A DNA stretch of 64,000 nt, from positions 4,195-68,194 of the forward strand of contig JANXRW010000026.1 of the NCBI GenBank assembly GCA_025356655.1, read 5' to 3'. The stretch comes from Betaproteobacteria bacterium. Its GTDB lineage: Bacteria; Pseudomonadota; Gammaproteobacteria; Burkholderiales; SHXO01. The position numbers and the translations under genes were made by a program. Below the pieces are notes generated by a model. That model saw nothing but the letters and a program-made list of their open reading frames with translations. It was not told where the DNA came from and did not search any database. This document shows positions 18,047-26,453 of the stretch, piece by piece (the stretch's first letter is position 1; each line of letters opens with the position of its first letter).

Positions 18047-18863
18047 CGGGCTGCTTCTTGCTCTGGCACTGCTCGCGCCGGCGCTGGAGCCTGCCCACGC
18101 AGACCCGGAAGCGGATCGGCAGCAGTTCCTCGCGGTGTATGCCGAGCGCTTTCCGGGGATCCCGGTCCGGGACTACGTGTACGGCGCACTCATCGCAAGT
18201 CCGGACGCTCGCGCGCAGTATGAGCAGATCATGGACTTCCCCCCCTTCCTCACCGAAGTGGACCGCGGACGTGCCCTCTGGGAGATGCCGCTCGCCGATG
18301 ACAGCCACCTGGCCGACTGCTTTCCCAACGCGGCCCGCGGGCAGGCAGGGCGCTATCCCCGCCTCGACGCGGACGGAGCAAGCCTCATGACCTTCGAGAT
18401 GGCCATTAACCGATGCCGTGAGCGTGCAGGGAATGTTCCCTGGCCCTACGCCACGGGCCCCATGGCGCTGGCCACGGCATACGCACGCGGCCTCTCCGAC
18501 GCAATGCTCATGGACGTCTCGGTGCAGGGCACGGCGGCGCTGGCCCACTATGAACGGGGGAAGGCGCTGTTTTTCCGGCGTATGGGACCCCTCAATTTTG
18601 CCTGTGCGTCCTGCCATTTGCAAAACGCCGGCCGCATACTGCGCACGGAGATTCTCTCGCCCGCCATCGGGCAAGCCACCCATTGGCCAGTGTTTCGCGG
18701 TGGCGAAACCCTAACGACCCTGCAGGGCCGTTACCGGCGGTGCATGGAGCAGATACGGGTCGTACCCTTCGCACCGGGCAGTGAGGAAATGAACGACCTG
18801 GAATATTTCCATTCTTATTTAAGCAATGGCCTGCCCCTGCAGGCTTCGGTGTTCCGCAAATAA
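18012..18863 (+). CDS. soxA: SoxA cytochrome c, monoheme type
   Basis: The ATG lies at codon 15 of the listed ORF. It has a signal peptide and only one CxxCH motif ('CASCH'). The conserved 'GRYRRCMEQ' contains the heme-ligand Cys. Confidence 0.85.
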   Translation: MESRRRSLQAASGLLLALALLAPALEPAHADPEADRQQFLAVYAERFPGIPVRDYVYGALIASPDARAQYEQIMDFPPFLTEVDRGRALWEMPLADDSHLADCFPNAARGQAGRYPRLDADGASLMTFEMAINRCRERAGNVPWPYATGPMALATAYARGLSDAMLMDVSVQGTAALAHYERGKALFFRRMGPLNFACASCHLQNAGRILRTEILSPAIGQATHWPVFRGGETLTTLQGRYRRCMEQIRVVPFAPGSEEMNDLEYFHSYLSNGLPLQASVFRK

Positions 18864-18873
18864 GCCTCCCGGG

Positions 18874-20574
18874 ATGAACCGCCGCGATTTCCTGGGGGTA
18901 CTCCTAGCCTCGGGCGCCTGCCTGCCTGAGGCAGGGAGCGCTGCTGCAGCGGGCTTCTACGACCTGCCCCCCGTCGCCAACTGCGCCACCTTGTTTCACC
19001 TCACCGACTGCCATGCCCAGTTGCTCCCGCTGCACTACCGTGAACCCTCCGACAACCTGGGGCTCGGAACCCGGGCGGGCCAGCCGCCGCACTTGGCAGG
19101 CGAAGCGCTGCTACGACGCTACGGAATTCCATCGGGGGGACGCCTCGCCCATGCCTTCTCCCACATCGACTTCGTGGAAGCTGCCCGCCAGTACGGGCGA
19201 ATGGGAGGCTTCGCCCACCTGGCGACGCTGTTGAACCGGCTTCGCGACCAGCGTCCCGGCGCCGTCCTCGTCGATGGCGGAGACAGCTGGCAGGGCTCGG
19301 CCACAGCGCTGTGGACGCGCGGTGCGGATATGCGCGAGGCCTGCCTAGCCCTGGGGGTCGAGGTCATGACCGGCCACTGGGAATTCACCTATGGCGCGGA
19401 CGAGGTCCTGGAACACGTGGCGGCCCTGGCCCCCCGACTGCGCTTCCTGGCACAAAACATCCGCACCACGGAGTTCGAAGACCCAGTGTTCGAACCCTTT
19501 GTGCTACGGTCGATCAACGGTCACCTCATTGCCATCATCGGTCAAGCCTACCCTTACACGCCTATAGCCAATCCACGTCACTTCGTGCCGGAGTGGCGCT
19601 TCGGCATCCAATCCGAGGAATTGGCGAAGCAAGTGCGCTCGGTACGCGCGGCTGGCGCGCAGGCGGTGGTACTGCTTTCGCACAACGGTATGGACGTGGA
19701 CCTCAAGCTTGCCTCGCAGGTGAGCGGGCTCGATGCCATCCTGGGCGGGCACACGCACGACGCGGTTCCCGCCCCGGTGCGCGTGCGCAACGCCGGCGGC
19801 GAAACCCTGGTGGCCAACGGCGGCAGTCACGGTAAATTCCTGGGCGTGCTGGATATGGAATTCGCCGACGTTGGCCTGGCCCAAGTCAATTACCGGATCC
19901 TGCCGGTATTCTCCGACCTGCTCCCACCGGATCCCGGCATGCAGGCGCTGGTGGCGCGCCTGCGCACGCCCTTCCTCGACCGGTTGCGGGAGCCTCTGGC
20001 CATAAGTGACGGCCTACTCTACCGGCGCGGCAACTTCGGCGGCACCTTCGATCAGTTGATCCTGCAGGCCCTCCTGGAAACCCAGGATGCCCAGATCGCC
20101 TTCTCACCAGGCTTCCGCTGGGGCGGCTCCCTACTGCCGGGTCAAACCATCACTCGGGAGGATCTGCTGGGCCAGATGGCCATTACCTACCCGCAGATGC
20201 ACGTGGACTGGTACACCGCCGTCCAGCTCCACGCGCTTCTGGAAGACCTAGGCGACAACTTGTTCAACCCGGACCCCTACCGGCAACAGGGCGGCGATCT
20301 GGTCCGAGTAGCGGGCCTCAGCTTCACCTGCGCCCCGCGCGCACCCGTGGGCCAGCGCTTCAGCGACCTGCGCCTGAAGGGGGAACTCCTCTCGCCTAGC
20401 CGCCGCTACAAGACGGTCAGCTGGGCACCGGTGGCGGAAGGAGTGGTCGGCCCCCCCGCGTGGGAAGCCGTCGAGCAGTGGCTGGTGGCACGTCGCCGGG
20501 TCCCAGTTTTGCGGCCGCCCGCCCCTGCCTTGGTCGGGGTGGGGAACGACCCCGGGCTCGCCGTAGGCTCCTAA
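18874..20574 (+). CDS. soxB: thiosulfohydrolase SoxB
   Basis: It has the Tat signal 'MNRRDFLGVLLA'. Metallophosphoesterase and 5'-nucleotidase-like motifs are 'LTDCHAQL', 'VDGGDSWQGS' and 'GHWEFTYG'. The size is about 566 aa. Confidence 0.92.
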   Translation: MNRRDFLGVLLASGACLPEAGSAAAAGFYDLPPVANCATLFHLTDCHAQLLPLHYREPSDNLGLGTRAGQPPHLAGEALLRRYGIPSGGRLAHAFSHIDFVEAARQYGRMGGFAHLATLLNRLRDQRPGAVLVDGGDSWQGSATALWTRGADMREACLALGVEVMTGHWEFTYGADEVLEHVAALAPRLRFLAQNIRTTEFEDPVFEPFVLRSINGHLIAIIGQAYPYTPIANPRHFVPEWRFGIQSEELAKQVRSVRAAGAQAVVLLSHNGMDVDLKLASQVSGLDAILGGHTHDAVPAPVRVRNAGGETLVANGGSHGKFLGVLDMEFADVGLAQVNYRILPVFSDLLPPDPGMQALVARLRTPFLDRLREPLAISDGLLYRRGNFGGTFDQLILQALLETQDAQIAFSPGFRWGGSLLPGQTITREDLLGQMAITYPQMHVDWYTAVQLHALLEDLGDNLFNPDPYRQQGGDLVRVAGLSFTCAPRAPVGQRFSDLRLKGELLSPSRRYKTVSWAPVAEGVVGPPAWEAVEQWLVARRRVPVLRPPAPALVGVGNDPGLAVGS

Positions 20575-20613
20575 CGGAGTAGGACCTTCACCTCTGCGCG
20601 GCGCAGATAGCGA

Positions 20614-20635
20614 AAGGGGTGCGGTAGCACCCCTT
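20614..20635. terminator. GC-rich hairpin between convergent soxB and pilin genes
   Basis: AAGGGGTGC-GGTA-GCACCCCTT forms a 9-bp stem with a 4-nt loop. On the minus-strand transcript it is followed by TTTCG, and on the plus strand by no T-run. Confidence 0.4.
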
Positions 20636-20710
20636 CCTGGATAACCCAGGGACGTCGCGCAGTACTGTCCCCGAGGAGAACGGCGCGCAGCGCCGTCCCT
20701 GATCAGGCGA

Positions 20711-21196
20711 TTAGGCCTTGCAAGAGGAGGGAACCCAGCGGGCCTTGTCGCCCGTGAAGTCCGACGCGTCCGCGGCCGGTGCTGTGTTCACGCTGGCGGG
20801 CACTGCGGCCGTGCCACAGACCCAGACGATGTCGTTGTTCTTCGACAGCCCCGCCGAGATATCGAGCTTTAGGCCCTTGAGGTTCTTGTTGGCGTTGTTG
20901 CCGTAGGTGATGATGATCTGGCCGTTGGTAGCGCCGATATCCACCGACGTCACGTAATTACCGGCGGGCGGAGAACTGACGTTCATGGCGGCCAAGTTGG
21001 CGGGCCAGGTACCCTTGTTTTGGTAGTAGTCGGCCATGGCCGTCTTCAGGCCTTCCGCCAAGTTCGGACCCTCAGACACCTGGGCACGCATGGTGTAGTC
21101 CTGGTAAGCGGGCAGCGCGATGGCCGCGAGGATGCCGATAATGGCAACGACGATCATCAGTTCGATCAGGGTAAAACCTTGTTGCAGGCGTTTCAT
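20711..21196 (-). CDS. type IVa major pilin, copy 1
   Basis: The class III signal 'MKRLQQG|[27 protein letters not shown]' is present. A C-terminal Cys pair occurs at 'VWVCG...PSSCKA'. Confidence 0.92.
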   Translation of the reverse strand: MKRLQQGFTLIELMIVVAIIGILAAIALPAYQDYTMRAQVSEGPNLAEGLKTAMADYYQNKGTWPANLAAMNVSSPPAGNYVTSVDIGATNGQIIITYGNNANKNLKGLKLDISAGLSKNNDIVWVCGTAAVPASVNTAPAADASDFTGDKARWVPSSCKA

Positions 21197-21212
21197 GGTT
21201 TGAGCGCTCCAA

Positions 21213-21236
21213 GTAATGAGTAATGACTGGTAATGA
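21213..21236. repeat. three copies of the heptamer GTAATGA in the pilin copy-1 leader/promoter
   Basis: GTAATGA occurs at 21213, 21220 and 21230. On the plus strand the TAA and TGA triplets fall in all three frames. The segment is AT-rich in an otherwise GC-rich locus. Confidence 0.6.
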
Positions 21237-21238
21237 GG

Positions 21239-21253
21239 GCCATGCAGTTGCCA
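21239..21253 (-). promoter_or_regulatory. degenerate sigma-54-type promoter upstream of pilin copy 1
   Basis: The minus strand reads TGGCAA-CTGCA-TGGC. The GG-N10-GC spacing is correct and the -12 box is TGGC instead of TTGC. It lies about 45 nt upstream of the ATG. Confidence 0.35.
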
Positions 21254-21535
21254 CCTACGCTCCCAAGCAACTCATGTACCAATTGACTCTGACTAGTTTG
21301 GCCCGCCGCCGCGCAATGGGCGGGATTCGGACCAGCGCGGAATTTTACCCGCAAATCATGCACGCTACGACGCCGAGCAAGCACCACCCGCCGCATGGCA
21401 ACCGGCGGGCCTTCGCTACACTTGGTTGCTAGCCGCCCACACCGGCGCGAGGGAGTATTCTCCTGCGGCGCCGCAGCCCCTAAGTCCTTGTTCTCCTGCG
21501 TTCCGCATCGCCCTAAGCAATCGCGCAAGGGTACT

Positions 21536-21559
21536 GGGGGGATGCGGCAGCATCCCTCC
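21536..21559 (-). terminator. hairpin downstream of pilin copy 2
   Basis: GGGATGC-GGCA-GCATCCC forms a 7-bp stem, extendable to about 10 bp with G-U pairs. It lies about 40 nt after the copy-2 stop. Its stem and loop resemble the 20614-20635 hairpin. Confidence 0.4.
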
Positions 21560-21596
21560 AGTGCCTGCGGCGCCGGGGCGCCACCGGTTCAGATCA

Positions 21597-22082
21597 TCAA
21601 GCCTTGCAGGAGGAGGGAACCCAGCGAGCCTTGTCGCCCGTGAAGTCCGACGCGTCCGCGGCCGGTGCTGTGTTCACGCTGGCGGGCACCGCGGCCGTGC
21701 CACAGACCCAGACGATGTCGTTGTTCTTCGACAGCCCTGCCGAGATGTCGAGCTTCAGGCCTGCGAGGTTCTTGTTGGCATTGTTGCCGTAGGTGATGAT
21801 GATCTGGCCGTTGGCAGCGCCGATATCCACGGACGTCACGTAATTACCCGCGGGCGGTGAACTGACGTTCATGGCGGCCAAGTTGGCGGGCCAGGTACCC
21901 TTGTTTTGGAAGTAGTCGGCCATGGCCGTCTTCAGCCCTTCCGCCAGGTTCGGGCCCTCGGAGACCTGGGCACGCATGGTGTAGTCCTGGTAGGCAGGCA
22001 GCGCGATGGCCGCGAGGATGCCGATAATGGCAACGACGATCATCAGTTCGATCAGGGTAAAGCCTTTTTGCATGCGTTTCAT
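21597..22082 (-). CDS. type IVa major pilin, copy 2
   Basis: The ATG lies at codon 47 of the listed ORF. It reads 'MKRMQKG|[10 protein letters not shown]...' and differs from copy 1 at 5 of 161 residues. Confidence 0.92.
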   Translation of the reverse strand: MKRMQKGFTLIELMIVVAIIGILAAIALPAYQDYTMRAQVSEGPNLAEGLKTAMADYFQNKGTWPANLAAMNVSSPPAGNYVTSVDIGAANGQIIITYGNNANKNLAGLKLDISAGLSKNNDIVWVCGTAAVPASVNTAPAADASDFTGDKARWVPSSCKA

Positions 22083-22161
22083 GGCAAACTCCTTGAACGG
22101 GAAAGACACTACGGTTTTTTTGGCAGTCGCACACGCGGAGACGTGTCCTGGACTTCGATAC

Positions 22162-22177
22162 AGCAATGGTCGTGCCA
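22162..22177 (-). promoter_or_regulatory. sigma-54 (RpoN) promoter of pilin copy 2
   Basis: The minus strand reads TGGCAC-GACCA-TTGCT. This is a perfect match to the TGGCAC-N5-TTGCW consensus, about 80-95 nt upstream of the ATG at 22082. Confidence 0.65.
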
Positions 22178-22291
22178 GTTTAGGCTCTTCCCCTTCGCAC
22201 AACCGCGCGGCGGCCTCCACTTCCCGCCGCTGCGCTACGCGGCCTGCCGATTAGCGCGGATGACCGACTCGGGAGGCCAGGGCTTGCCCTC

Positions 22292-23941
22292 CTACGTCAA
22301 CATATCCGCCGGGATACCTGGAATCGTTGACAAATCCACCTCGTCGATCTGCTCGCGGTCGAGATATTGTTCCGCGTAGCGGAGGTACACCTTATCGCGA
22401 ACGAAGACGTCGAACAAGTCGGCGTCGATGTGCCCATTGAGCTTGAACCGCCCCAGGATGGTCAGTGCCTCTGTGAGGGTCTTGCCCTTTTTGTAAGGCC
22501 GATCCTTGGCGGTCAATGCCTCGAAAATGTCCGCGATGCCCATGACGCGCGCTTGAACGGACATCTCGTGCCGGCGCAGCCCGCGCGGATATCCCCTGCC
22601 GTCCATGCGCTCATGATGACCCCCCGCGTACTCCGGCACGTTCTTCAGGTGCCTGGGCCAAGGCAGGGACTCGAGCATCATGATCGTCACTTCGATATGG
22701 TGGTTGATGATCTTGCGCTCGGCGTCAGTGAGGGTTCCCGCCCGGATGGTCAGGTTGTCCATCTCCTCCTGCGTCAGGAAGGGCTGATCCTCATTGTCAT
22801 CGGCATCGTGCCAGCGATGACCGAGGCCGATGGCGAAGACCCGCTGCTGATCCTCGGGCTCCATGCGCTCGGATCCAATGTTGCAAAACCGCAAAAACTC
22901 CCGGTCCGCTTCGATTTGCGCCCGGTCCGCCACCAGCCGCTGCTCGATCTCGGGCAGCAGGCTAGGGTCATGGCGCTCAAGCGCGGAGAACCGAGCCTTC
23001 AGCGCGCGGATCTCCGCGTCACGTTTGATTACTTCGAACCGCGTATCCACCAACCCGACTCGATCGTAGATGGTCTGCAGTTTCGTGGCCTTGTCCACCA
23101 CGTGCACGGGCGTGGTTACCTTGCCACAGTCGTGCAGCAGGCCGGCAATCTTGAGCTCATAGCGGTCCTTATCCGTCATGAGGAACTCGGCCAAGCCGCC
23201 CTGAACGCTTTTGCTGGCGGCTTCGGCCAACATCATGGTGAGCGTGGGGACCCGCTGGCAGTGCCCCCCCGTGTAGGGGGACTTGTCGTCGATCGCGGAG
23301 TTGATCAGTCCGATAAAGGACTCGAACAGTTCCTCCAACTGGTTTATCAGCAGCCGGTTGGTGAGCGCCACCGCCGCCTGGGAAGCCAGCGACTCCACCA
23401 GATGCTGGTCCGAGTCGGAGAAGGGCAGAATCTCACCGCTGGTACGGTCCGTGGCATTGATCAACTGCAACACGCCGATGATCTCATCCTCGTGGTTCTT
23501 CATGGGAACGGTCAGGAAGGACTTGGAACGGTAACCGGTGGTGCGATCGAAGCGCTTCGTGCCCGAGAAGTCGAAGCCTTCCTCGGTGTAGGCGTCGGCA
23601 ATGTTGACCGTCTGATCATTCAGCACTGACCAAGCCACCACGAGGGAGTTGTTGGGCTGTGCGGTGTCGTCGTACAGACGCAGTGGCGGGAAGGGTATTT
23701 CCTGCCCGCTGGTTCCTCCCATGGCGATGCCCAGGGAGTCGGTCAGCATGATTTCGAACTTCAATTCCCGCTCGTTATGAACCCGGTAGAGCGTCCCGCC
23801 GTCGGCGTTTGTAATCTGCTTGGCGGCAATGAGGATCTTTTCGAGCAGGTGCGTGATGTCCTTTTCCTTGGACAACAGCACGCCGATCCGGTTGAGTTCG
23901 GTTAGGCGACTCAGTGGATCCTGGGAAATGGCTTCGGTCAT
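22292..23941 (-). CDS. GAF domain - HD-GYP domain protein (putative cyclic-di-nucleotide phosphodiesterase)
   Basis: The N-terminal GAF shows 'FDRTTGYRSKSFLTVPMKNHEDEIIGVLQLINA'. The HD motif is 'LLHDCGKV' and the GYP motif is 'GGHHERMDGRGYPRGL'. A long insert separates HD and GYP. The start is ATG 23941 or TTG 23965. Confidence 0.85.
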   Translation of the reverse strand: MTEAISQDPLSRLTELNRIGVLLSKEKDITHLLEKILIAAKQITNADGGTLYRVHNERELKFEIMLTDSLGIAMGGTSGQEIPFPPLRLYDDTAQPNNSLVVAWSVLNDQTVNIADAYTEEGFDFSGTKRFDRTTGYRSKSFLTVPMKNHEDEIIGVLQLINATDRTSGEILPFSDSDQHLVESLASQAAVALTNRLLINQLEELFESFIGLINSAIDDKSPYTGGHCQRVPTLTMMLAEAASKSVQGGLAEFLMTDKDRYELKIAGLLHDCGKVTTPVHVVDKATKLQTIYDRVGLVDTRFEVIKRDAEIRALKARFSALERHDPSLLPEIEQRLVADRAQIEADREFLRFCNIGSERMEPEDQQRVFAIGLGHRWHDADDNEDQPFLTQEEMDNLTIRAGTLTDAERKIINHHIEVTIMMLESLPWPRHLKNVPEYAGGHHERMDGRGYPRGLRRHEMSVQARVMGIADIFEALTAKDRPYKKGKTLTEALTILGRFKLNGHIDADLFDVFVRDKVYLRYAEQYLDREQIDEVDLSTIPGIPADMLT

Positions 23942-24005
23942 GGCGCTGCGTAGGTTCCCATGCAATGGCGGCTGTGTGTGGGGGGCTGCGTGGGACGGTG
24001 CGAGC

Positions 24006-26393
24006 CTATTTGATACAGACCGCGCGCACCTGGTGCATGTCGGTTATCCCTTGCAGGACCTTCTCAATGCCGTCCTGCTTTAACGTGCGCATGCCTTCCT
24101 CCAGCGCGGTGAGCAGCATCTCCGCCACCCTGGAGTGCTCCTGGATGTGCTTCTTGATGCTGTCCGAGCCGAGCAAGAGTTCATGCAGGCCCACCCGCCC
24201 CTTGTACCCGGTACCCGAGCACACTTCGCAGCCGACCGGTGAATAGAGCGTGATCTGCCCCTTCTCGTCGCCGTAGGTCTTGCTCCAATCGCGGTAGGTG
24301 CCCTCATAGGCCGCCTTGGGGTCGCGCCGAAAGGTCTCCGTGGGCTTAAGCTCCTGGCAGAATTCCTCGAGCATCAACTTCAACTCATCGGGCGTGGCCA
24401 CATGGGGGGCCTTGCACTTGGAGCAAAGGCGCTTGGCCAGGCGCTGAGCAAGGATGCCGAGTAGCGCGTCGGCAAAGTTGAATGGATCCATACCCATATC
24501 CAGCAGTCGGATGATGGACTCCGGCGCGCTATTGGTGTGTAGGGTGGCAAATACCAAGTGACCCGTGAGCGACGCCTCGATACCGATGGAGACGGTTTCC
24601 TTGTCGCGCATCTCACCGACCATGATGATGTCGGGATCCGCCCGCAGGAAGGCGCGCATTGCCGTGGCGAACGTGAGGCCGGCCTTCGGGTTCATCTGCA
24701 CCTGGCGCAGGCCCTTCTGCGTGATCTCCACGGGATCCTCGGCAGTCCAGATCTTCGTCTCCGGTGTGTTCAAGTAGCCCAGGACGGAGTGCAGGGTGGT
24801 GGTTTTACCCGACCCGGTGGGTCCGCACACGAAGAACAAGCCGTAGGGCTTGGAAACCGTTTCCTTGAGTCTTGCCAGGTTGCGCGGCAGAACGCCGAGT
24901 TTGTCGAGCGGGATCGGCTCCCCGGCGGCCAGGATACGCATGACGATATCCTCGACACCGCCGGCGGAGGGGACCGTCGCCACCCGCAGCTCGATGTCCA
25001 GGGGACCGAAACGCCGGAACTTGATTTTCCCGTCCTGCGGCTTGCGCTTCTCCGAAATGTCCAGGTCGCACATGATTTTGAGGCGTGCGACGATGGCGCT
25101 ACGGTAGCTCGCCGGGACCGAAATGTAGGGCATCAGCGTGCCGTCCTTGCGGAAGCGGATCTCCGTCTTGGACTTGCCTGGATAGGGCTCGATGTGGATA
25201 TCCGAGGCGCCCTGATGGTAGGCGTCGACGATGATCTTGTTGACCAGCTTCACCAGTTCATTGTCGGCGGCAAGCGAGGCCTCATCGACGCCCGTGGACT
25301 GGTCCTCGATAGCGCCTTCGGCGTCGTCCATTCCAGAGAGCAGGTCACCGATGGAGGTCACGTCCTCCAGCGTGGCGCCGAAGAACTGGTCCAGCGTGGC
25401 CTGAAACTCTCTGGTCGTGCACACCCGGTACTCGATACGGCTTTTCGGGAAGATGTTGTTCACCACCCGCGAGGCCCGCACCCGCTCGGGGTCCGTGGTG
25501 AGCACCACCAGCCCCTCCTTGGTATCCTCCAGCGGCAACCAGGCGCTGCTCTCCAGGAAATCCCGCTTCAGGTTGCGCAGGAGATCCAGGGGCTTAACGC
25601 GATTGGGGAGGTAGGGCTCATAGGGAGCGCCGAAGAACTCCGACAGGGCCGCACCGATGGCCTCGGGCTTGACCTGGAATTCATCGAGCAGCACCGACTC
25701 GATGTCGGTCCCCTTACGCCGCGCGGAGCGCAGCGCGAGTTCCATCTCTTCGGTGGACAGCACCGCATTGGCCACCAGGGCGTCGTACTTGCTGCGAACC
25801 AGCGTATGGGGCTTCTGACGCTGCCGTAGTGCAATAGCCAGTGTCTCGCACAGATTGACGATGCCTTCCTCGCCAACCTGGGTGAAGGCCATGCCGTCGA
25901 TGGTGTTGATGGCCTGCACCACACCGATGAGGTCGCTGGTGCCGTTCTCCACGATGGGCGCGACCAGGATCTGTTTGGTACGGTAGCCGGTGCGCTTATC
26001 CACTTCCTTCAGAAAGCGCAGCTGTGGCGAGAGGGCACGCAGTTCGTTGTCGTCGTACACGTCCTGAAGATTGATCAGGATGCGGTTCTGGGCGACGAAT
26101 CCGGCGATGGACTGCTCGTTGATGGGGAGCTTCAGGTCCTTGAAGGACGTCAGCCCCGTTTTCACTTTGGAAATGATTGACGAGCGGTCGTCGGAAATAA
26201 TATAAACGGTCAGGCGGTCTGCGCCGAGCAGACTGCAGATGTCCTGCGACAACTCCAACATGATCTCGTCGATGTTGGAGGTGGCGTGAATCTTGTTGGT
26301 GACCGCCTGTAGCTGGCGCTGGAACTCCAGCTTGACGGTGATATCCGCCAAGCTGGGCTGCGGCTGCGGCTTCATTTCCATCACGGTGCTCAT
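24006..26393 (-). CDS. GspE/PilB-family secretion ATPase with N-terminal GAF domain
   Basis: The GAF region, aa about 30-190, shows 'VDKRTGYRTKQILVAPIVENGTSDLIGVVQAINT'. A T2SSE_N-like region follows. The ATPase core has Walker A 'GPTGSGKTTTL', Walker B 'DPDIIMVGEMRD' and His box 'GHLVFATLHTN'. The tetracysteine is 'CSKC...CEVC'. Confidence 0.85.
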   Translation of the reverse strand: MSTVMEMKPQPQPSLADITVKLEFQRQLQAVTNKIHATSNIDEIMLELSQDICSLLGADRLTVYIISDDRSSIISKVKTGLTSFKDLKLPINEQSIAGFVAQNRILINLQDVYDDNELRALSPQLRFLKEVDKRTGYRTKQILVAPIVENGTSDLIGVVQAINTIDGMAFTQVGEEGIVNLCETLAIALRQRQKPHTLVRSKYDALVANAVLSTEEMELALRSARRKGTDIESVLLDEFQVKPEAIGAALSEFFGAPYEPYLPNRVKPLDLLRNLKRDFLESSAWLPLEDTKEGLVVLTTDPERVRASRVVNNIFPKSRIEYRVCTTREFQATLDQFFGATLEDVTSIGDLLSGMDDAEGAIEDQSTGVDEASLAADNELVKLVNKIIVDAYHQGASDIHIEPYPGKSKTEIRFRKDGTLMPYISVPASYRSAIVARLKIMCDLDISEKRKPQDGKIKFRRFGPLDIELRVATVPSAGGVEDIVMRILAAGEPIPLDKLGVLPRNLARLKETVSKPYGLFFVCGPTGSGKTTTLHSVLGYLNTPETKIWTAEDPVEITQKGLRQVQMNPKAGLTFATAMRAFLRADPDIIMVGEMRDKETVSIGIEASLTGHLVFATLHTNSAPESIIRLLDMGMDPFNFADALLGILAQRLAKRLCSKCKAPHVATPDELKLMLEEFCQELKPTETFRRDPKAAYEGTYRDWSKTYGDEKGQITLYSPVGCEVCSGTGYKGRVGLHELLLGSDSIKKHIQEHSRVAEMLLTALEEGMRTLKQDGIEKVLQGITDMHQVRAVCIK

Positions 26394-26453
26394 CGGCGCG
26401 ACTCTCCCTCGACCCGCCTCAAGCGGCCAGGCCGACTTGCCCGCCCCGTCATG

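Noticed and set aside
20593-20607. TCTGCGCGGCGCAGA palindrome after soxB as a terminator
   Set aside because: A perfect palindrome leaves essentially no loop, and no T-run follows. The nearby 20614-20635 hairpin is the better candidate, though still weak.
22367-25829. Two ORFs of about 420 aa (22367-23629 and 24558-25829) antisense to the HD-GYP and GspE-like genes
   Set aside because: Both are GC-driven antisense frames with no motifs. The sense-strand domains are complete and collinear.
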